A stretch of 64,000 nt of DNA from an uncultured Gammaproteobacteria bacterium (GTDB lineage Bacteria > Pseudomonadota > Gammaproteobacteria > JASBUN01), in NCBI GenBank assembly GCA_963849825.1, contig CAWKIK010000003.1:592813-656812 (forward strand). Reading direction: 5' to 3'. How positions within the stretch are numbered: position 1 is the first letter of the stretch; every line of letters begins with the position of its first letter. This document shows positions 30,892 to 41,121 of the stretch, piece after piece. The position numbers were made by a program, and so were the translations under genes. The notes under the pieces are model-generated. The model was not told the DNA's origin. It was given only the letters and a program-made list of their open reading frames with translations, and searched no databases.

Positions 30892-31668
30892 ATGCAAATC
30901 CCAGACACTGCGGCAATGCTCACCCTGTCGCAGGTTTCGAAGCGTTACGGCAGTACCGACGCCTTGCTAGCTATCGATTTGCAGGTTGCGAACGGCGATA
31001 CGGTGGTGCTGATCGGACCCAGCGGCTGCGGCAAGTCGACATTGCTGCGCCTGATCGTCGGGCTGCAGCAAGCGGATCACGGCCGCATCGAGTTCGAGGG
31101 CGCCGCCCTCACCCCGGATAACATCGGCAAAGTCCGACAGCGCATGGGTTACGTGATCCAGGAAGGCGGCCTGTTCCCGCATCTGTGCGTGCAAGACAAC
31201 GTTACCGTCATGGCGCGTTATCTGCGGCGTGATCCCGAATGGATCGACGCACGCCTGCAGGAACTCGCCCGCCTGGTGCAACTGCCCGCCGACCTGATGA
31301 AGCGCTTTCCGGGAGAGTTGTCGGGCGGTCAACGCCAGCGCGTCAGTCTCATGCGTGCATTGATGCTCGACCCTGACCTGCTGTTGCTCGATGAACCGCT
31401 GGGCGCCCTGGATCCCATGATCCGTTATCAACTGCAACAGGAACTGAAAGGGATTTTCGCGACTCTCGGTAAGACCGTGGTCATGGTCACCCATGACATC
31501 GCCGAGGCCGCGTACTTCGGTCATACCCTGGTGCTGATGCGGGCGGGCCGCATTGTGCAAACCGGATCGCCGCAGGAGTTGCTGCGCAATCCCGCAGAGC
31601 CGTTCGTGGAACAGTTCATTTCCGCGCAGCGCGAACCCATGGCCCAACTCGCCGAGCTTCTGGGATGA
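30892..31668 (+). CDS. ABC transporter ATP-binding protein (osmoprotectant/choline-type)
   Basis: Walker A GPSGCGKST, signature LSGGQRQR, Walker B LLLDEP. The start may be 30916. Confidence 0.85.
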   Translation: MQIPDTAAMLTLSQVSKRYGSTDALLAIDLQVANGDTVVLIGPSGCGKSTLLRLIVGLQQADHGRIEFEGAALTPDNIGKVRQRMGYVIQEGGLFPHLCVQDNVTVMARYLRRDPEWIDARLQELARLVQLPADLMKRFPGELSGGQRQRVSLMRALMLDPDLLLLDEPLGALDPMIRYQLQQELKGIFATLGKTVVMVTHDIAEAAYFGHTLVLMRAGRIVQTGSPQELLRNPAEPFVEQFISAQREPMAQLAELLG

Positions 31669-33212
31669 ACGCTGCGTTGCGACGGTCGCGCGGCGCTCTG
31701 TTCACGGCATACCTCTTCTGTTCCGCGACTTCCGTCGCCGCCGCGCCGAAAGCGCCGGAAATCACCATTGGCTCAAAAGTGTTCACCGAGTCGGTGATAC
31801 TCGGGGAACTGCTCCAGCAAACCGCACAAGCCGCCGGCGCCGTTGCCGTACACCGACGTCAACTGGGCGGCACACGTGTGTTGTGGGACGCATTGCGTCG
31901 AGGCGATATCGACGCCTATCCGGAATACACCGGCACGCTGTTGCAGGAGATTTTGCACGAAGACCATGTCGCTACGCGCGCAGCGCTCGAACGTGCATTG
32001 GCGAAGCGGCACCTGCGGATGACGCAACCGCTTGGATTCAATAACACCTACGCCCTCGGCGTCACCGGCGCCCTCGCCGAGAAGCTCGATCTGCACACCA
32101 TCTCGGATTTGCGCCGCCATCCGGATCTGGCATTCGGCTTCAGCAATGAGTTCATGGATCGCAACGATGGCTGGGCCGGCCTGCGCCGACGCTACCACTT
32201 GCCGCAGCAAGACGTCCGCGGCCTGGACCACGATCTGGCCTACCGGGGGCTCGCTGCAGGGTCGTTGGACGTCATCGATCTGTACACCACCGACGCTGAG
32301 ATTCCGTACTACCATCTGCACGCGCTCGAAGACGACCTGCATTTCTTTCCCACTTACGACGCGGTCATCGTTTATCGCGCCGATCTGCGACAGCGTGCGC
32401 CTGACGTCGTCGCCATGTTCCAGCGACTGAGTGGCAGCATTGACGTCGAGGCCATGCGCAAGATGAACGCCCGAGTCAAACTCGATCGGGAAAACGAGTC
32501 CGCCGTCGCCGCAACGTTCCTGCACCATGCCATGGGCTTGAACATCCACCAGCCACCGCACAGTATCTGGCAACGCATCTGGGACACCACCGTGCAACAC
32601 CTGGTGCTGGTCGGCGTCTCGCTCAGCGCGGCAATAGTCGTCTCGATTCCCCTCGGTATATTGGCCGTGAGACGCGAGCGCGTCGGTCAGTTGATACTCT
32701 CAATTGCGGGGCTTTTACAGACTATTCCGTCGTTGGCATTGTTGGTGTTCATGATCCCTTTGCTGGGTATCGGCGGCCCTCCCGCCATCGTCGCATTGTT
32801 TCTCTACAGTCTGCTGCCCATCATCCGCAACACGTACGCAGGCTTGAAAGACATCCCGCGGGATATCGTCGAATCCGCGCAGGCACTGGGACTACCGCCG
32901 GGCGCCAGGCTTCGAATCGTAGAATTGCCGCTCGCGACCCGCACGATTCTCGCCGGTATCAAAACTTCCGCGGTCATCAATGTCGGCACGGCCACCTTGG
33001 GCGCATTGATCGGCGCTGGCGGTTACGGACAACCCATTCTCACCGGCATACGTCTCGATGACATGGGCTTGATTCTGCAGGGGGCCATTCCGGCGGCGGT
33101 CATGGCGGTATCGGTCCAGGGCCTGTTCGACTTGGTGGAGCGCGGCCTCCTCCCCAAGCACCTGCGGGTTCGAGTTCGGGACGACGCCGGATCCGATACC
33201 CGCCATCATTGA
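31665..33212 (+). CDS. fused substrate-binding protein and permease of a glycine betaine/choline-type ABC transporter
   Basis: N-terminal OpuAC-like binding domain and a C-terminal 6-TM permease with the EAA loop. ATGA overlap with the ATPase gene. Confidence 0.85.
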   Translation: MNAALRRSRGALFTAYLFCSATSVAAAPKAPEITIGSKVFTESVILGELLQQTAQAAGAVAVHRRQLGGTRVLWDALRRGDIDAYPEYTGTLLQEILHEDHVATRAALERALAKRHLRMTQPLGFNNTYALGVTGALAEKLDLHTISDLRRHPDLAFGFSNEFMDRNDGWAGLRRRYHLPQQDVRGLDHDLAYRGLAAGSLDVIDLYTTDAEIPYYHLHALEDDLHFFPTYDAVIVYRADLRQRAPDVVAMFQRLSGSIDVEAMRKMNARVKLDRENESAVAATFLHHAMGLNIHQPPHSIWQRIWDTTVQHLVLVGVSLSAAIVVSIPLGILAVRRERVGQLILSIAGLLQTIPSLALLVFMIPLLGIGGPPAIVALFLYSLLPIIRNTYAGLKDIPRDIVESAQALGLPPGARLRIVELPLATRTILAGIKTSAVINVGTATLGALIGAGGYGQPILTGIRLDDMGLILQGAIPAAVMAVSVQGLFDLVERGLLPKHLRVRVRDDAGSDTRHH

Positions 33213-33768
33213 CTTTGACTCTCGGTGCCGTTTGCCCGGCGTGTCGTCGATGTCCGCCTCCGCCCGGATGCTCCTGCCGGCCACGCCGACGCAGCCTCGG
33301 CGCGGTGCCGGGACTGAGCGCCGTCGGGCCTTCCAACGCAATTGACTCCGTTTACGCGCGACATCCATGCCACGGCCATGCCGCTTTCATGCGTTGGACG
33401 TGCCATGCAACGAAACTTTGGTGCCCCGCGGTATATTTACGCGTGCCACCGCGATATCGCGCGCTGGCGTATCGGTGCGCTTTGTCGCACCGAGTGTCAC
33501 CGGCCGCAGCGGGCGCCGCTCGGTCGCAACTTTATCGAGCGTGAGTGAAGCCGCGTCGTCTGCGCCGGCAGGGGCGGCCACGTGCCCTTTTCCGACGCCT
33601 ACGGCAGCCCGGTCGAAAGACCACGGCAAGAAACGGCGCATTTCATTTCTATAATGAAGCGCAACCCGACCGACGACCGACGACCGGCAGTGCACGCAAA
33701 GTCGCAGTTTGGCAATAGCCATACTTGCAGTCTGAATCCGGACCTCACCAAGGAATTAGGAGGCATAT

Positions 33769-34278
33769 ATGAACACGGAAATCACGTTCGTTCGAAACAG
33801 ACCCGGTGGCAATGCTGCAATCGGGCGGTTCCATTCGGCGCGGCTGCCAGCGCTCGCGGCCCTAGCCGTTTTCATCACGGCTTGCGCGCCGGTGCGCGAA
33901 CCCCCTCAAGAGGTGGCCACCACTTCGCCGACGGTGAGTTATAACTACAACACCGACGACGGCTTGGTCGAGGCCAATACCAAAGCACGCGCCTACTGCG
34001 CTCAGTACTCGGCCACGCCAAGCCTGCAGGGCTCGATTACGACGAATTCGGACGGCACCAAGACCGTGACCTTCGAATGCCTCAAGACCGCTGCGGTGGT
34101 GACTCCGCCCCCCGCGCCACCGGCAACCGGCTATACGTACCGTTCCGACAGCGAGTTCGTGCAATCGATACAATCGGCCGACGCTTATTGCGCCCAATCC
34201 GGTCAGACCGCTTCCACCCATATCGTCACCAACACCGACGGCAGCAAAACGGTGACGTTCCAATGCGTGCCGCGGTAA
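33769..34278 (+). CDS. hypothetical lipoprotein with internally duplicated ~60-aa Cys-containing domain
   Basis: Lipobox ITAC. Two repeats: YCAQYSATPS...DGTKTVTFECLKT and YCAQSGQTAS...DGSKTVTFQCVPR. Confidence 0.5.
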   Translation: MNTEITFVRNRPGGNAAIGRFHSARLPALAALAVFITACAPVREPPQEVATTSPTVSYNYNTDDGLVEANTKARAYCAQYSATPSLQGSITTNSDGTKTVTFECLKTAAVVTPPPAPPATGYTYRSDSEFVQSIQSADAYCAQSGQTASTHIVTNTDGSKTVTFQCVPR

Positions 34279-34620
34279 TCATCGACCGATTCCTCGGCGT
34301 TTAAAGCTTCGCTAGCTCGAATCGCGCGGCCGCGGCCGCTGCAACTGCGGCCGCCGGCACGCCCATCGCTACCCCTCCCGACCCTCCAGCGTTGGCGGCG
34401 AACCGAGCGGCCGCGCATTTCCCGGACCCAGCGCCCGGCGGCGCGGCCGGTTTCAGGCGCCCACCTCGAACCCTCGCTGAGCAGCGGTCGTTCTAGGCGG
34501 TTTTGATCCATTTCTTAATTTTCTTAAGGTGGACCGCACACGACGCTGCTACGATGGAACGTGCGCGATCTCGCGTCGGGTTCTCGAATTCCAACAACAA
34601 TGCAGTACGGAGGAGTCACC

Positions 34621-35256
34621 GTGCATAAGAAAATATCGAAACCTATCCTGCTTTTCTGTGGAACGTTCGTGCTTGGTTTGCTGGGTTCGTCCGCGTTCGC
34701 CGACAACGACCACGACCGCGGGGGGAACAATCAATGCCCCGTTGGCCTGGTTTCAGGCCTGACTTTGGATCAGGAGTTCGGCGCGGGTGCAAGCGATCTG
34801 ACCCGCTGCATCAAACGCCGTCATCACGTCCAGGTGGTGGTTGAAATCAATCGTTATTGCCGCAGCCAGACTGCGACGCCAGACGCGGGAGGCAATTGCG
34901 CCGGCGGCCCCGATGCGCTTGGCAACATGGTGAACATGATTCAGGACTACGAAGTCACCTATGGCATGAAGCAGGGGCGCGACTATGAAATGGTCGCAGT
35001 GGTGCATGGCGGCGGCGGTCGCCTGCTACTGAACAACTCTGTACCCAACGCTTACGCCAGCCAGGTCCAAAGCCTGATGAGCCAAGGTGTGAAATTCTAT
35101 TTCTGCCAGAATACAGTGCGCGGCTTCATGCACAACGGCATGATCAGCCCTGGCAACGCCGTAAACGAAGTCATCCCGGGCGTCCAGTTCGTCACCGCCG
35201 GCTTTACAGCGCTGTCGGACTTCCAGAGCTTGGGCTGGACCCAGGTCACTCCTTGA
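34621..35256 (+). CDS. secreted DsrE/DsrF-like family protein
   Basis: GTG start at 34621 after AGGAG. Signal peptide. VVHGGGGRLL and FYFCQNTVRG motifs resemble the DsrE fold. Confidence 0.45.
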   Translation: MHKKISKPILLFCGTFVLGLLGSSAFADNDHDRGGNNQCPVGLVSGLTLDQEFGAGASDLTRCIKRRHHVQVVVEINRYCRSQTATPDAGGNCAGGPDALGNMVNMIQDYEVTYGMKQGRDYEMVAVVHGGGGRLLLNNSVPNAYASQVQSLMSQGVKFYFCQNTVRGFMHNGMISPGNAVNEVIPGVQFVTAGFTALSDFQSLGWTQVTP

Positions 35257-35282
35257 AACTCAGTACTGCCCGCTGAACCACA

Positions 35283-35312
35283 AAACCCGCTCCCAGGGGC
35301 GGGTTTTGTTTG
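35283..35312 (+). terminator. rho-independent terminator
   Basis: AAAACCCGCTCCCAGGGGCGGGTTTTGTTT: a GC stem followed by a T-tract. Confidence 0.6.
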
Positions 35313-35726
35313 GTCGGCGTTTTTCGGCCAGGGGCGGCGATCGTGCCGTTTCGGCATTTCCATCCGCGCAGATCCTTCCCGCCCGAGGGGATCATACTCG
35401 ACGTCGGTCTGCCGGACATCACGGTCCATGTGCTGGCGCCGGTACTCGCGTTGACGCGTGATTTGCCGAGCGCGCGATCGAAAGGTGCCGACAGTCGGCG
35501 TGCCAGGACTGTTCGAATCGCGGGCCGTTCGCGCGATCCCAGGCTCGCCGCCGGGAACCCACATACTCCGCTGCAGTATGTTCGTTTCCCATCCACCGAC
35601 AACGGCGCTTGGCGCGGTGGGTGACGCCCCGCGGTTCCCTTCCTCCGCTCCATATGTTCCAATACCGCCTCTTCGCACGACCCGCCCTTGGTCGACCCTA
35701 TTTCCGCACTTTCTCGGTAGCCGCTC

Positions 35727-37337
35727 GTGATCACGACAGCCAATCTCACCATGCAGTTCGGACCCAAGCCCCTGTTCGAAAACGTTTCGGTCAAGTTCCG
35801 CGAAGGCATGCGCTATGGCTTGATCGGTGCCAACGGCTGCGGCAAATCCACTTTCATGAAGATCCTCGGCGGCGAACTGGAGCCAAGTGCGGGGTCGGTA
35901 TCCTTCGAGGACGGCAAGCGGGTCGGCAAGTTGCGCCAGGACCAGTTCGCGTTCGAGGAACACTCGGTGATCGATACCGTCATCTTCGGCCACGAGGAGC
36001 TGTGGCAGATCAAACAGGAACGGGACCGCATCTACGGCTTGGCGGAGATGAGCGAAGACGATGGCATGAAGGTCGCCGAGCTCGAAGCGCGTTTCGCCGA
36101 ACTCGGCGGTTATACCGCCGAGGCGCGCGCCGGCGAATTGCTGCTTGGCCTGGAGATCCCCATCGAACAGCACAACGGCCCCATGAGCGCCGTCGCGCCC
36201 GGTTGGAAATTGCGCGTGCTGCTGGCGCAAGCGCTGTTCGCCGATCCCGATATCATGCTGCTGGATGAACCCACCAATAACCTCGACATCAACACCATCC
36301 GTTGGCTCGAGGGCGTGCTCACCGGGCGCAACAGCACCATGATCATCATTTCCCATGACCGCCACTTCCTGAACAGCGTATGTACGCATATGGCCGACCT
36401 CGACTACGGCGAGCTGCGCCTGTACACCGGCAATTACGACGAGTACATGACCGCGGCCACCCAGGCCCGTGAGCGCATGTATGCCGACAACGCCAAGAAG
36501 AAGGCCCAGATCGCGGACCTGCAAGCTTTCGTCAGCCGCTTCTCGGCCAACGCATCGAAGGCCCGCCAGGCCACGTCTCGCGCACGTCAGATTGAAAAGA
36601 TCGAACTGGAGGAAATCAAACCCTCCAGCCGCATCAGCCCGTTCATCCGCTTCGAACAGAACCAGAAGCTGTATCGCAATGCGCTCGAAGTCACTGGACT
36701 GCGCAAAGGTTACGGCGACACGCCGCTGTTTCGGAACCTGGAACTCGCAGTGGAAGTGGGCGAACGCATTGCCATCATCGGCCCCAACGGCATCGGCAAA
36801 AGCACGCTGCTGCGTACGCTGGTCGGCGACTTGGCCTCCGATGCCGGCACGGTAAAGTGGTCGGAGAATACCACCCTCGGTTATTACGCTCAGGACCATG
36901 CCGACGAATTCGCCAACGACATTACGGTATTCGACTGGATGGACCAATGGGGACAAAAGGGCGATGACGAACAGGCCATTCGCGCTGTACTGGGCCGCCT
37001 GTTGTTCTCCAAGGACGACTTGAACAAGAAAGTGAAGGTGCTCTCGGGCGGCGAGCAGGGTCGGATGCTGTTCGGAAAATTGATTCTCCAGCGTCCCAAC
37101 GTAATGTGCCTGGACGAACCCACCAATCACCTGGACATGGAGTCGATCGAGTCCCTGAATCTGGCGCTCGACAACTACCCGGGCACGCTATTGTTCGTCA
37201 GCCACGACCGCGAGTTCGTCTCATCCCTGGCGACCCGGATCATCGAGTTGACGCCAGACGGCATCGTCGACTTCAGCGGCAGTTACGAAGACTACCTGCG
37301 CGGCCAAGGCATCAACCCGTTGCGCGCGGCGCAGTAA
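35727..37337 (+). CDS. ybiT: ABC-F family ATPase YbiT-like (two ABC domains, no TMD)
   Basis: N-terminus [24 protein letters not shown] parallels E. coli YbiT [24 protein letters not shown]. Two Walker A/B sets. Confidence 0.9.
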   Translation: MITTANLTMQFGPKPLFENVSVKFREGMRYGLIGANGCGKSTFMKILGGELEPSAGSVSFEDGKRVGKLRQDQFAFEEHSVIDTVIFGHEELWQIKQERDRIYGLAEMSEDDGMKVAELEARFAELGGYTAEARAGELLLGLEIPIEQHNGPMSAVAPGWKLRVLLAQALFADPDIMLLDEPTNNLDINTIRWLEGVLTGRNSTMIIISHDRHFLNSVCTHMADLDYGELRLYTGNYDEYMTAATQARERMYADNAKKKAQIADLQAFVSRFSANASKARQATSRARQIEKIELEEIKPSSRISPFIRFEQNQKLYRNALEVTGLRKGYGDTPLFRNLELAVEVGERIAIIGPNGIGKSTLLRTLVGDLASDAGTVKWSENTTLGYYAQDHADEFANDITVFDWMDQWGQKGDDEQAIRAVLGRLLFSKDDLNKKVKVLSGGEQGRMLFGKLILQRPNVMCLDEPTNHLDMESIESLNLALDNYPGTLLFVSHDREFVSSLATRIIELTPDGIVDFSGSYEDYLRGQGINPLRAAQ

Positions 37338-37353
37338 GCGCTGCCCATGCGAA

Positions 37354-37378
37354 AGCGGGCGGGCAAATAGCCCGCCCT
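37354..37378 (+). terminator. GC-rich hairpin downstream of ybiT (weak terminator)
   Basis: GGGCGGGC-AAATA-GCCCGCCC. No clear U-tract. Confidence 0.3.
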
Positions 37379-37394
37379 ATGCGCGAACATGCTT

Positions 37395-37499
37395 CAGCCA
37401 CGACCGCGAGTTCGTCTCACTGGCGCCCCGGATCATCAAGTCGACACCTGTCGGCATCGTCGATTTCAGCGGCAGCTACGAAGACTATCTGCGCGGCCG
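37395..37499 (+). repeat. degenerate direct duplicate (~105 bp, ~88% identity) of the ybiT 3' coding end (37198-37306)
   Basis: Direct comparison of the two segments. The copy has indels that break the reading frame. Confidence 0.6.
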
Positions 37500-37613
37500 G
37501 CTTCCTCTATCATTTGCCGCCTGAGCCAGAAAGCATGCGCCGACATCAGGTCATGGTCGGCGCGGCATGCGGACATTGAATTCGACTTCGGACAATAGTC
37601 GTTTGCCGCCTCG

Positions 37614-38366
37614 TTAAAACGCGTACTCCAACTGCGCGACCAGCGTCTCGTCCGGCGCCGTCTCGTTGAGGCCGAATACGACACCCAGCCGGTAGGAGAA
37701 TTCGCGACCTGTGGCCGAATAGAATTCGCCGCTGATCACCGGACCCAATTGCCTGGCGTGGTCGTCGGGACGATAGTAGGCTTCGACACCCGGCCGGAAC
37801 CCGGTCGTAACGCGATAGTTGACGCTGTAGGCGGAACGGAATTCATAGTGATCGTCGGCGCCAGCACCGATCTGTTTTTCCCAAATGAAATTCAATCGTT
37901 GGTTGATCCGACCGCTGGACTTCTCCAACAACGGACCGAATTCGAGCACGTCCGGTTCGCCCGCGGCTCTGGGATGCTCGTAGGACAGCAGGAATCCCGG
38001 ATCCGCCCAGAATCTGCCATTCGCCGCGAGTTGAAAAGTGTTCTCCAACTCATAGCCGCTGAACTTGGTCGAAGCGCCGGGCTCGCGCTCATAGTTGGCG
38101 AAATAGATTTCGGGTTTCCACCAACCGGTGACGCCATAAGAAGCGGAAAAGTTGTAGCCACGGGCGCCGTTGAGTTCGCGGCCGTCGTCGTGATAACCAA
38201 AACCGCGCAACTCGAACTCGGTGCGGCCTTGGGCCACGTGCGGCGAATAGACGATGAAATCGCCGGCATAAGCGGGCTGTCCCGCAAACATGGGAAGCAA
38301 GCCCGCGATTACGGTGGCCAACACAGTGGCGGAGCTTTTGATCCCGGCGACGGTGGAGCCGTACAT
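37614..38366 (-). CDS. putative outer-membrane beta-barrel protein
   Basis: Signal peptide from ATG 38366, alternating amphipathic strands and a C-terminal ...LEYAF. Confidence 0.5.
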   Translation of the reverse strand: MYGSTVAGIKSSATVLATVIAGLLPMFAGQPAYAGDFIVYSPHVAQGRTEFELRGFGYHDDGRELNGARGYNFSASYGVTGWWKPEIYFANYEREPGASTKFSGYELENTFQLAANGRFWADPGFLLSYEHPRAAGEPDVLEFGPLLEKSSGRINQRLNFIWEKQIGAGADDHYEFRSAYSVNYRVTTGFRPGVEAYYRPDDHARQLGPVISGEFYSATGREFSYRLGVVFGLNETAPDETLVAQLEYAF

Positions 38367-38463
38367 ATTGCGATTACCTCCTGAACTAAGCGACACGCGG
38401 CAATGAGCCGGTTTTCGGCTATGGGGAAAACGAGGGATTGGCTTTGTCTAAAACACGAGTTGC

Positions 38464-39297
38464 TCAAGCTTCGCGCGGATGCGTACGCGACACGGCGCGG
38501 TCGCGGCCAAACAACATCATCAACAGCACCACGATGACCAAAGTGGCCAGATAGAAGAGCAATTCAATCCCGGATGGTCTTGCGATATAACCGACCAGAA
38601 TGTGCAACAGACGCCCCAGCAGGCTTTGCTGGCTCAGCAGCCAGGATGTGTCCCACAATGAAGTACCCAGCGACGGTAGATATCCCGCCTGGTTCAAGAA
38701 GCTCGCAGCCTGCGCGGCGAGCCCGGCAGTCAAAAGCAGGATCAGCCAAGTCGTGACCGCAAAGAAGTGGCGCAACGGAATACGCAGCAGGCCCCGGTAG
38801 AGCAACGCGCCTACGAGTACCCCGCCGATGATGCCTGCCAATCCGCCGAGCAGCATACCGTTGCGCTCGCCGCCACCCGCTGCCACGGCCCAAAGAAACA
38901 GCACGGCCTCCGACCCTTCGCGCATGACCGCGGCCAAAGTGATCAACATCAGTGCCGCCACTGGTCGACTTCCACTGTGCACTTCGGCACTGGCGTTGGA
39001 GACATGCGCGGCCAACTCGCGGCCGTGGGCGCGCATCCATACGTTGTGCCATGTGAGCATCGCGACGGCGCTGAGCAAGATCCCCGCGTTCAGCAGCGCT
39101 TGACCGTTACCGCCCCAGGCAGCAGCCAGGTCGGCGGCGAGGACTGCGATCACGCAGGCGCCGCCAATTCCCAGCACGACCCCCGCGACGACCCAGCGCC
39201 CACGCCCATCGATGCCGCGGCTCGCGCCCAGAACGATGGCGATGATCAGCGCCGCCTCCAACACCTCGCGAAACACGATGACGCCGGTTGCCAACAT
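38464..39297 (-). CDS. FTR1-family high-affinity iron permease
   Basis: Two RExxE motifs (REVLEAALII, REGSEAVLFL) in a polytopic protein. Confidence 0.8.
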   Translation of the reverse strand: MLATGVIVFREVLEAALIIAIVLGASRGIDGRGRWVVAGVVLGIGGACVIAVLAADLAAAWGGNGQALLNAGILLSAVAMLTWHNVWMRAHGRELAAHVSNASAEVHSGSRPVAALMLITLAAVMREGSEAVLFLWAVAAGGGERNGMLLGGLAGIIGGVLVGALLYRGLLRIPLRHFFAVTTWLILLLTAGLAAQAASFLNQAGYLPSLGTSLWDTSWLLSQQSLLGRLLHILVGYIARPSGIELLFYLATLVIVVLLMMLFGRDRAVSRTHPREA

Positions 39298-39299
39298 GT

Positions 39300-39650
39300 C
39301 TAATCCGCGGCTGCGGCGGCAGGGCTGACCACGACGTTGCCTTTCATCGCGGGATTGAAGTCATTGAAGAAGCCATAGCGCCCCGGCTGCAGGGGGCCGA
39401 CGTACACCACCACGCTGCCATGGGGTGGGACGATCACCTCCCGGGACAAGTCGTAGCTTTCAAACTCTGCCGGCAAGTCGCCTTCGTTTCGGATCGTGAG
39501 TTTCACCTTCTGACCCTGGGGCAGTTCCAACTGTTCGGGCGCAAAATGCTGAGCCCGGATCACCAATTGCGCGGTCGCTTCGGCGGCCAGCGCCGCGTTC
39601 CCGGCCAGCATGCTGCAGGCGAGCAGCACCATCGAATGTCGCAAGAACAT
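39300..39650 (-). CDS. periplasmic cupredoxin-like protein, partner of the FTR1 permease
   Basis: Signal peptide, then a small beta-rich domain. Lies 3 bp upstream of the permease. The start is uncertain (39650 chosen). Confidence 0.45.
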   Translation of the reverse strand: MFLRHSMVLLACSMLAGNAALAAEATAQLVIRAQHFAPEQLELPQGQKVKLTIRNEGDLPAEFESYDLSREVIVPPHGSVVVYVGPLQPGRYGFFNDFNPAMKGNVVVSPAAAAAD

Positions 39651-39869
39651 ACACTTCACCATCTGCGTACGAATATCATGAGCTAAATATACATGAGATC
39701 GATTCGTATTCGCAAGAACTATCACGCCAGGGATTGGTCGCGAAAACCCGTCACCCGCGGAATCCAAGGCGGTGCCCGCAGTATCCGAGACACCGATGCA
39801 ATCGCGTGCCGCCGGCCCGCAACCGTGGCCCCTGGCGATTCAGGGCTGGAGTCGCCATACCGGTGTCCA

Positions 39870-40553
39870 CTACGGCTCTCCCGCTCGGCGCGCAATCCAA
39901 ACGACATGGCGCGCGCCCTTCGAGCCATGGGCGCGCACCCGCACCTCGTCCACCTCGAAACCCACCTTGCGCAGCCGCTCGGGGAAATCCCGATCCGGCC
40001 CCGCCGACCACACAGCCAACACGCCGCCCGGTCGCAACGCAGCGTACGCCGCATTCAGGCCATCCACGTCATAAAGCCAATTGTTCGCTTTGCGGGTCAG
40101 CCCTTCGGGCCCATTGTCCACATCCAATAAAATACCGTCGTAGGCCTGGCTCGATTCCCGCAATGCCTTACCGACATCACCCATGCGCACGGTGACCCGC
40201 GCGTCAGCCAATGGATTGCCTGCGCACGCACCCAACGTCCCGCGATTCCACTCAACCACCGCCGGCACCAGTTCCGCCGCAACCACCTGCGCCTCGCTGC
40301 TCAACTCGCGTAACGCTGCGGCCAAAGTGAAGCCCATGCCCAGCCCCCCGACCAACAGGCGCGGCGCATCACAATTTATCAATCGGGAACACGTCAGCTG
40401 CGCCAGCGCATCCTCGGAACCGTGCACCCGGCTGTTCATCAACTCGCCACGACCCACGAGCCGGATCGAAAAATCGGGCCCGCGCTGATAAAGGCGTAAT
40501 GCGCCGCCGTTACCAGGCACTTGTGCCTCATCCAATAAAATCCAGGGCGTCAT
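39870..40553 (-). CDS. spermidine-synthase-like (PABS-type) methyltransferase-fold protein
   Basis: LLVGGLGMGFTLAA...ILLDVDNGP pattern. Confidence 0.65.
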   Translation of the reverse strand: MTPWILLDEAQVPGNGGALRLYQRGPDFSIRLVGRGELMNSRVHGSEDALAQLTCSRLINCDAPRLLVGGLGMGFTLAAALRELSSEAQVVAAELVPAVVEWNRGTLGACAGNPLADARVTVRMGDVGKALRESSQAYDGILLDVDNGPEGLTRKANNWLYDVDGLNAAYAALRPGGVLAVWSAGPDRDFPERLRKVGFEVDEVRVRAHGSKGARHVVWIARRAGEP

Positions 40554-40647
40554 CGGTCGCTCATTGATCCCAAACAGCTCGCAGGAACCGCATGATAGCG
40601 CTTAGCTACAAGATTGACCGAATCAAGCAACACCGGCCCGAAGGTCG

Positions 40648-41070
40648 AATTAAACCCTGTAGGTCGCGTTAAGCCGCAACGCGGCGAACCCGACGCTACC
40701 GTGACGTCCTACCATACCGATCACCCAATCGACGCGGTCAGTTGAAACCGGGTAGGTCGGGTTGAGCCGCAACGCGGCGAACCCGACGTCACCGTGACGT
40801 CCTACCATACCGAACGCCCAATCGACGTGGTCAGGTTAAACCGGGTAGGTCGGGTTAAGCCGCAACGCGGCGAACCCGACGTCACCGTGACGTCCTACCA
40901 TACCGAACACCCAATCGGCGTGGTCAGGTTAAACCGGGTAGGTCGGGTTAAGCCGCAACGCGGCGAACCCGACGTCACCGTGACGTCCCGCCATATGGAT
41001 CACCCAATCGACATTGGACAGATCAAACGACGTGGGTCGGGTTAAGCCGCGCAGCGGTGAACCCGACGCT
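40648..41070. repeat. tandem array: ~93-94-bp unit x ~4.5, each unit holding a nested-hairpin REP-like palindrome (GTAGGTCGGGTTAAGCCGCAACGCGGCGAACCCGAC)
   Basis: The GTAGGT anchor recurs at 40658, 40752, 40845, 40938 and 41032. Inter-palindrome segments are near-identical. Confidence 0.85.
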
Positions 41071-41121
41071 CAGCTTGCGAACCCCACCTGGCTCCGGCCT
41101 CCCGCCTCCTTAACCGAACAC

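Noticed and set aside
35097-37130. 677-aa minus-strand ORF
   Set aside because: It is antisense to the strongly supported ybiT (ABC-F) gene. Long spurious antisense ORFs are expected at ~65% GC.
40794-41045. Track ORF (83 aa, MTSYHTERPIDVVRLNRVGRVKPQRGEPDVTV... repeated)
   Set aside because: It is a translation of the 93-bp tandem repeat with an internally repetitive sequence. Not a gene.
40648-41070. Possible CRISPR array (36-bp palindromic repeat, 57-bp spacers)
   Set aside because: The spacers are near-identical between units, so this is a simple tandem duplication of a REP-containing unit.
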